Assembly (NCBI GenBank): GCA_965657355.1
Contig: CBFHOE010000007.1
Coordinates: forward strand, 32,001-96,000
Length of the DNA stretch: 64,000 nucleotides
Source of the DNA: Limisphaerales bacterium
Lineage (GTDB): Bacteria > Verrucomicrobiota > Verrucomicrobiia > Limisphaerales > JAJOIW01
Direction: 5' to 3'
The notes below the pieces were generated by a model. The model was not told the origin of the DNA and ran no database searches. It saw only the letters and a program-made list of their open reading frames with translations. Position numbers and translations under genes: made by a program. Positions 57,990-64,000 of this stretch are shown piece after piece. Every line of letters begins with the position of its first letter. Within the stretch, counting starts at the first letter, position 1.

Positions 57990-59360
57990 ATGAAAGGACT
58001 TTTATCAATTGAGCAGTTAAAAGGGCAAATCGCATCTGGTGCTATCGATACAGTTGTGGCTTGCCAAATTGACATGCAAGGCAGGCTGATGGGAAAACGT
58101 TTCCAAGCAGAATACTTTGTTGATCAGGCCTGGAATGAAACACATAGCTGTAATTATCTTCTCGCGACTGACATGGAAATGGAAACGGTAGATGGTTACA
58201 AATCAACCAGCTGGGAAGCGGGTTACGGAGATTTCGTCATGAAACCAGACTTGGCTACTCTACGAATAACGCCCTGGCTGGAAGGGACTGCATTGGTTAT
58301 TTGCGATGTCCTCGACCATCACCACCATAAACCCGTCCCTCATTCACCCCGTGCCGTATTGCAAAAGCAAATCGCACGACTTGAAAAATTGGGGATGACG
58401 GCATTCATGGCCTCAGAATTAGAATTTTTCTTATTTGATCAGAGCTACGAATCAGCTCAGGAAAATAATTATCAGAGTCTCAAAACAAGTAGCGCGTATA
58501 ATGAGGATTATCACATTTTCCAAACCACCAAGGAAGAGGATGTGATGAGAGCCATAAGAAATGGTCTTCAAGGGGCAGGAATTCCGGTCGAAAATTCAAA
58601 AGGTGAAGCGTGTTCAGGGCAAGAGGAAATAAATGTTGTATACTCTGAGCCCCTGGAAATGGCAGACCGGCATTCCATTATAAAAAACAGTTGTAAAGAG
58701 ATCGCATGGAGCAAAGGAAAGGCCGTTACTTTTATGGCGAAGTGGTCTTTTAACCATGCAGGAAATTCCTCCCATATCCATCAGTCATTGTGGAGTAAAG
58801 ATGGAAAAGAACCATTATTTTATGACCCGAGTGCACCTCATGGAATGTCCAAAATCATGCGGCAATACCTGGCTGGGTTACTCAAACATGCCAGTGCGGG
58901 AACCTATTTCCTTGCTCCTAACATAAATTCTTACAAACGTTTTATGGCTGGAACGTTTGCTCCTACCAGAGCCATCTGGAGTTTAGATAATAGGACTGCC
59001 GGGTATAGAGTCTGCGGAGAGAAAAGTAAATCAGTGAGAGTAGAATGTCGAGTTGGCGGTGGCGACCTCAATCCCTATCTTGCATTTGCATCTCAGCTAG
59101 CTGCTGGCATCGATGGAATTGAAAACCAATTAGAATTGGAAGATGAGTTTTCAGGAAATGCCTATAATGATGAAACTCTCCGAGAAATCCCGAAGACATT
59201 AAGGGAAGCTACGCAGGCTTTAAATGACTCGGAAATGCTAAGAAAAGCTTTTGGCGATGATGTCATCGATCATTATGTTCACGCTGCTCACTATGAACAA
59301 TTTGAATATGATCGACGCGTAACGAACTGGGAGGTTGCCCGCGGATTCGAACGCTCGTAA
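57990..59360 (+). CDS. Glutamine synthetase-like gamma-glutamyl-amine ligase
   Basis: 'DMQGRLMGKR', 'SWEAGYGDF', 'ASELEFF', 'KGEA..GQEEIN', 'GNSSHIHQSL', 'DNRTAG', 'RVECR'; no GlnA adenylylation motif seen. Confidence 0.9.
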   Translation: MKGLLSIEQLKGQIASGAIDTVVACQIDMQGRLMGKRFQAEYFVDQAWNETHSCNYLLATDMEMETVDGYKSTSWEAGYGDFVMKPDLATLRITPWLEGTALVICDVLDHHHHKPVPHSPRAVLQKQIARLEKLGMTAFMASELEFFLFDQSYESAQENNYQSLKTSSAYNEDYHIFQTTKEEDVMRAIRNGLQGAGIPVENSKGEACSGQEEINVVYSEPLEMADRHSIIKNSCKEIAWSKGKAVTFMAKWSFNHAGNSSHIHQSLWSKDGKEPLFYDPSAPHGMSKIMRQYLAGLLKHASAGTYFLAPNINSYKRFMAGTFAPTRAIWSLDNRTAGYRVCGEKSKSVRVECRVGGGDLNPYLAFASQLAAGIDGIENQLELEDEFSGNAYNDETLREIPKTLREATQALNDSEMLRKAFGDDVIDHYVHAAHYEQFEYDRRVTNWEVARGFERS

Positions 59361-59383
59361 AACTTTCACTTTTCGAAAAAAGA

Positions 59384-60769
59384 ATGTCATTAATCCAGTG
59401 TATCAGTCCTGTAGACGGTAGTATTTTTACTGAAAAAGAAACAGCTTCAGAAAAAAAAATTCAGGAAGCTCTAAAATCGTCTAAATCTGCCCAGAAGAAA
59501 TGGATGCAGATACCAATCCATGAGCGCGCAGCATTGTCCACCAGAGCTGTAGACTTGATCGCGGAGGATTGCAAAGAAATCTCTGAAGAATTGACCTGGC
59601 AAATGGGGCGCCCCATCACACAAGCGCCCGGCGAAGTAAGTGGTTTTGAAGAGCGAGCCAGACACATGATAAGCATCGCAGAAAATTCACTAGCCGACAT
59701 AACACCTGCACCCAAAGATGGTTTCAAAAGGTATATTCAACGTGAGCCTTTAGGGGTGGCATTCGTCGTCGCTCCCTGGAACTACCCTTACCTCACAAGT
59801 GTCAATGCCATTATCCCCGCCCTTCTGGCAGGAAACAGCGTTATCTTGAAACATTCTGCACAAACACCACTTTGTGCAGAACGACTTCAGAAAGCTTTTG
59901 ATCGAGCGGGTTTACCCAATGGCGTTTTTCAACATTTACATTTGACACATTCGGATGTCGAAAATGTCATCAAATCGCCGGAAGTAAACTTCGTCGCATT
60001 TACAGGATCAGTACCTGGAGGCAAGGCAATAGAGCGAGCTGCTTTGGGGAAATTTATTGGAATGGGACTAGAACTAGGCGGGAAGGATTCGGCATATGTA
60101 AGAAGGGATTCAAATTTACAACATGCTATTGAAACAGTGACAGATGGGGCCATGTTTAATTCTGGTCAATCTTGCTGTGGAATCGAAAGAGCCTATGTCG
60201 AGGAGTCATTATTTGAGGATTTCGTTGATGGTATCACCAGCTTGGTAAAACAATACCGTCTCGGAAGGCCAGACTTGAAAGAAACGACATTGGGCCCCAT
60301 GGTGAAGACGACAGCAGCCGACTTTGTCAGAGACCAAATCGACGAGGCTATTTCCATGGGGGCCGAAGCCCTTATTGATCCGAATCTTTTCAACATAAAC
60401 GAAAACCGAACACCTTATATGGCACCACAAGTCTTGATTAAAGTTAATCATTCCATGCGTGTGATGAACGAAGAATCTTTTGGTCCTGTTATCGGAATAA
60501 TGCCTGTCTCTGGGGACGAGGAAGCAATCCAACTTATGAACGATTCTGAGTTTGGCTTAACCGGGGCAGTATTTACTCAAGATGAAGATGCAGCCATTAA
60601 AATTGGAAATCAGGTCCAAACAGGAACATGGTTCATGAATCGATGCGATTACTTGGATCCAGCACTTGCTTGGACAGGTGTGAAAAATTCAGGTCGAGGC
60701 TGTACCTTATCACAAGTTGGTTTCGAGCACTTAACACGGCCCAAATCTTTTCACTTAAAAAAGGTTTAA
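59384..60769 (+). CDS. Aldehyde dehydrogenase
   Basis: 'APWNYP', 'FTGS', 'LELGGKD', 'NSGQSCCG', 'EESFGP'. Confidence 0.95.
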   Translation: MSLIQCISPVDGSIFTEKETASEKKIQEALKSSKSAQKKWMQIPIHERAALSTRAVDLIAEDCKEISEELTWQMGRPITQAPGEVSGFEERARHMISIAENSLADITPAPKDGFKRYIQREPLGVAFVVAPWNYPYLTSVNAIIPALLAGNSVILKHSAQTPLCAERLQKAFDRAGLPNGVFQHLHLTHSDVENVIKSPEVNFVAFTGSVPGGKAIERAALGKFIGMGLELGGKDSAYVRRDSNLQHAIETVTDGAMFNSGQSCCGIERAYVEESLFEDFVDGITSLVKQYRLGRPDLKETTLGPMVKTTAADFVRDQIDEAISMGAEALIDPNLFNINENRTPYMAPQVLIKVNHSMRVMNEESFGPVIGIMPVSGDEEAIQLMNDSEFGLTGAVFTQDEDAAIKIGNQVQTGTWFMNRCDYLDPALAWTGVKNSGRGCTLSQVGFEHLTRPKSFHLKKV

Positions 60770-60773
60770 CATT

Positions 60774-61925
60774 ATGAATGTTAACTGGAATTATCCGACT
60801 TCAATTCGAGCAGGAGCTGGCAGAGTAAAAGAACTTGGGGATATCTGTCGCAGCATGAATATCAAAGCACCACTATTAGTGACGGACCCAGGGCTTGTCA
60901 AAATGCCCATGGTCCAAGAACTTATCGGTGATTGCAAAAAATCAGGACTTGGCATCAAAGTTTTCAGCGAAATAAAGACGAACCCGACTGGTAGTAATGT
61001 TGAGGCTGGGATTAAAGCATTTCACACCGGCAACCACGACGGGGTTATTGCATTTGGTGGGGGCAGCGGTCTAGACGCGGGCAAAGCCATAGCTTTAGCA
61101 GCAGACCAAACTTGTTCTCTCTGGGATCTAGAGGATGTCGGAGATAACTGGATGAATGCTAATGCTGAAAAGATAAGCCCTATCATAGGAATTCCGACTA
61201 CTGCGGGAACAGGCTCTGAAGTTGGAAGGGCAGCAGTTATAATCAATGAAGAACAATTTAAGAAAACAATACTTTTCCACCCTCGAATGTTACCTGGAAC
61301 TGTTGTTCTTGATCCGGAACTTTCAGTGGGTCTACCAAGCAAAATCACAGCGGCCACAGGTATGGACGCGCTCTCTCATTGCCTTGAGGCTTTTTGCTCA
61401 AAAGTATATCATCCGATGGCAGAAGGCATAGCAATGGAAGGGATTCGTTTGGTCAAGGAATACCTTCCAGTTGCGGTGACGAATGGAAATGACATTGAGG
61501 CACGGATGCAGATGTTAGTCGCCTCATCCATGGGAGCAACGGCTTTTCAACGCGGACTCGGAGCGTCACATGCATTGGCCCACCCTCTAGGGGCATTATA
61601 CGACGTTCACCATGGATTATTAAACGCGATCTTAATGCCATATGTCCTCAAAGCTAACTATTTGGAAATTAAACTACCGATTGAAAGATTGGCTCCGTAC
61701 CTGAAACTTGAACCATCCTTCGAAAGCTTTTTAGATTGGGTTCTGAGGCTGAGAAAAGAGATCAATATTCCGCACAAACTAGATATGCTGATTTCTGATG
61801 ATTCTCGCTTTAAGGATATAGGGAAAATGGCGGTCCGGGATCCTTCGGCATGTACGAATCCAATTTTACATGATGCCGATACTTACACCTCGATTTTGAC
61901 AAATGCTTTTAATGGCATTTTATAA
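60774..61925 (+). CDS. Iron-containing alcohol dehydrogenase
   Basis: 'GGGSGLD.GK', 'PTTAGTGSE', 'DALSH', 'HALAH', 'HHG'. Confidence 0.95.
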   Translation: MNVNWNYPTSIRAGAGRVKELGDICRSMNIKAPLLVTDPGLVKMPMVQELIGDCKKSGLGIKVFSEIKTNPTGSNVEAGIKAFHTGNHDGVIAFGGGSGLDAGKAIALAADQTCSLWDLEDVGDNWMNANAEKISPIIGIPTTAGTGSEVGRAAVIINEEQFKKTILFHPRMLPGTVVLDPELSVGLPSKITAATGMDALSHCLEAFCSKVYHPMAEGIAMEGIRLVKEYLPVAVTNGNDIEARMQMLVASSMGATAFQRGLGASHALAHPLGALYDVHHGLLNAILMPYVLKANYLEIKLPIERLAPYLKLEPSFESFLDWVLRLRKEINIPHKLDMLISDDSRFKDIGKMAVRDPSACTNPILHDADTYTSILTNAFNGIL

Positions 61926-62344
61926 AAAATCCCGAAGGAATAGCATGAGAGATGTAGGTTAAAGGACGCGTAATATTTTATCGCCTTATTTGAATCTGAA
62001 ATGACTAAATCGATGAACGAGATTGTGGATATTATGTAAAAAAACACCTTAAAGAGGCTTCCTGTTCCCTCCCCGCTTTTACTTAAAATTTAATTTACCA
62101 AACTCTGAATCAATGTAAGCGATTACTAATCGACCTAGGTCTCAGGGCTTGACCTCATGTTTCTTCGAAATTAGCTTTGGTTTGATTTCCCTCAGATTGT
62201 GTTTTTAAGTCGCAACCAACGGCTTCAAAATTTAAAGACCGACATGGTCTCAATCATAGCTACTCCGCATGAAGATTTCTGAAAAGGAATTCTCAGAAAA
62301 TTCATTTTCATAAAGTAACTCTAACAATTACAAAAAATATTTTT

Positions 62345-63337
62345 TTATTCAGATTTTTTAGATAACCCATTTCGATTATCCCAACCTATCTTGGTCAAAG
62401 CATCATTAAGCAACATAGGTTCAATATACCCGAACTGTATTCCAAGATTTTTTCGAGCTAAATAATGACGGCGGAGGGTCTGATTGAAGAAATGATCCAA
62501 TTTGAGTAAATCTTCTAAAAGCCACCGCCTCCAAAATTCTAGTGATGATTCATCCTCCATTTCGAGCTTTTCCAAATCGTCCTTTGTTAGAGAAAACCTT
62601 TTTAGTAAAAGCGTGACGAGGTGGTCCGACTCACCAAAAAAGTAGAGGATGAGATGTTTGTATAATTCCCAACAGCTCAATTCCATAAATGAAGGGCAAG
62701 TCATTACCATTGGGCCCTTTGTCCTTACCTTCTTAAACAAGATTTGATTTTGTATCTTAGAATAATCGTAGCCATGACTTTTCTTCGGGATCTGGTTACC
62801 GGCCAAAAGCAACCTCTTTAGACATCGAATAATCCTAATGACAGCGTATCGACTCTTGAAAGCTCCAAACAAAGGCATTGCCGGAGTATCACGCCCCCGC
62901 TGATCAGAGCCCAAAAATTCAAATCTCAATTCGAGCTCATCAGTTTCTTGGTTCCAGAATGGAATGGTGATTGATAAGAATGAATATCCCTCAGGAAAAA
63001 CCTTCTGACGATTAAAGGGCGGCTTGAATTCTGAGATTCTCTTGTTCTCCAATATTTCCGCATCCATGGGAGATTCGCATTTTTCATACTCGATACGGTT
63101 CACTTTACAAACCAATTCTACTAGTCTCTTAGGGTGGGTATCCGGGTGAATATATTTATATGAATTTATTCTCTTTTTTAAGTTATTGGATTGCCCGATA
63201 TAGAGAATTTGTTTTTCGGAGCCAAGAAAATGGTAGACACCTGGGCATTGAGGCAAAGCACGAAAAAAGCCTGCCCCAATGCGATCAATGATGGGGTTAT
63301 TCCAATCAAGAAGCCATAATTGATTCCTAGCGGGCAT
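62345..63337 (-). CDS. GIY-YIG nuclease (UvrC/Cho N-terminal type)
   Basis: 'LP.CPGVYHF....ILYIGQS.NLKKRINSY', 'A.ILE..RI..FKPPFN'. Confidence 0.88.
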   Translation of the reverse strand: MPARNQLWLLDWNNPIIDRIGAGFFRALPQCPGVYHFLGSEKQILYIGQSNNLKKRINSYKYIHPDTHPKRLVELVCKVNRIEYEKCESPMDAEILENKRISEFKPPFNRQKVFPEGYSFLSITIPFWNQETDELELRFEFLGSDQRGRDTPAMPLFGAFKSRYAVIRIIRCLKRLLLAGNQIPKKSHGYDYSKIQNQILFKKVRTKGPMVMTCPSFMELSCWELYKHLILYFFGESDHLVTLLLKRFSLTKDDLEKLEMEDESSLEFWRRWLLEDLLKLDHFFNQTLRRHYLARKNLGIQFGYIEPMLLNDALTKIGWDNRNGLSKKSE

Positions 63338-63381
63338 GACAAAAGCTTGTTTCCTTGGTCCATCTCTTAGATGCTTAAAAA

Positions 63382-64000
63382 GTGGATACCAAAAAAGGGA
63401 ATTGGAATAGCACCGAGTTAACCGACGGCTGGCAAATCGGTGTCAAATCATTCTACTGGGGATTAGGATTTAAGAAAGAAGATTTCTCAAAACCACAGAT
63501 TGGAATTGGGGTCCCTCTTCTCGAGGGAAACCTTTGCAATACCCACGCCTACGAACTAGCTGCCTACATTGAGAACGGATGCAAGAAAGCAAATCTTCAC
63601 GGTTTCAAATTTGGGGTTCCCGGGGTTAGCGACAATATTACACAGGGACATGAAGGAGGAAATGCATCCCTACCCTCGCGCAACGTAATCGCAAACTCAG
63701 CCGAAATGGTCGTCAGCTCTCACAAATACGACGGTTTAATAGGGATGCACCATTGTGATAAAAATGGCCCCGGATTTGCAATGGCCTTGGCACGCCTCAA
63801 CTATCCCGGGTTGCTCGTAAGTGGCGGCAGCATCAAGCCCGGTTGCCATAATGGCAAACCAATTACTATTTTAGACCCTTATGAAGCTCAGGCTGCCCTG
63901 TCGGTTGGTGAAATCTCTGAGAACGAGGCATTGGAAATAGTTCGTAAAGCTTGCCCCGGACCTGGTGGTTGCGGAATCGCTGCTTCATTCAATACTTGGG
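63382..64000 (+). CDS. Dihydroxy-acid dehydratase (IlvD/Edd family), runs off the window end; not in ORF track
   Basis: GTG start after an in-frame TAA; 'KPQIGIG', 'LCNTH', 'VSDNITQG', 'SLPSR.VIANS.E', 'CDKN.PG', 'GGSIKPG', 'ACPGPGGCG'. Confidence 0.88.
   Translation, partial: MDTKKGNWNSTELTDGWQIGVKSFYWGLGFKKEDFSKPQIGIGVPLLEGNLCNTHAYELAAYIENGCKKANLHGFKFGVPGVSDNITQGHEGGNASLPSRNVIANSAEMVVSSHKYDGLIGMHHCDKNGPGFAMALARLNYPGLLVSGGSIKPGCHNGKPITILDPYEAQAALSVGEISENEALEIVRKACPGPGGCGIAASFNTW

Noticed and set aside
61926..62344. Palindromes in the convergent gap (GACCTAGGTC at 62132-62141; TTTCTGA...TCAGAAA near 62276-62308)
   Set aside because: Short or imperfect; no repeat array, tRNA or IS end recognisable
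1..64000. CRISPR arrays, tRNA/rRNA, integrases or transposases; the many short antisense ORFs in the track
   Set aside because: No regularly spaced repeats, cloverleafs or recombinase motifs seen; short ORFs lie within well-supported genes

Overview
Gene-dense, AT-rich bacterial chromosomal segment with about 50 CDS. The gene styles (DUF2851, GldAFG/DUF4340, SPFH-P-ATPase operon, Rhs linker motif) suggest a PVC-superphylum organism, most likely Verrucomicrobiota (inference). No rRNA, tRNA, CRISPR array or intact mobile element was seen. Most of the window is envelope, transport and metabolism genes (hpnH, tal, MBOAT pair, manC, MacAB-like, ClC, HtrA, Gld-like ABC plus AsmA-like, ribE, lpxC-fabZ-lpxA, tspO, partial ilvD-like). 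Highlights: (1) a probable exported thioredoxin-fold selenoprotein split by the ORF caller at an in-frame TGA (31970-31972) that is followed by a SECIS-like hairpin; (2) an 8-gene operon (35240-46660) joining three HflK/HflC-like SPFH proteins, a P1B-ATPase with altered metal ligands and a PilGHI/Xap-like ABC module, with no ftsH nearby; (3) a collapsed Rhs-TNT toxin/immunity relic (7691-8212); (4) a proteobacterial-type gamma-glutamylation (ethanolamine-to-glycine-like) four-gene pathway; (5) a Zrg-like ABC/DUF3299/MerC metal module; (6) a small lipoprotein missed by the ORF track. All family calls come from motif recognition by eye, not database searches.
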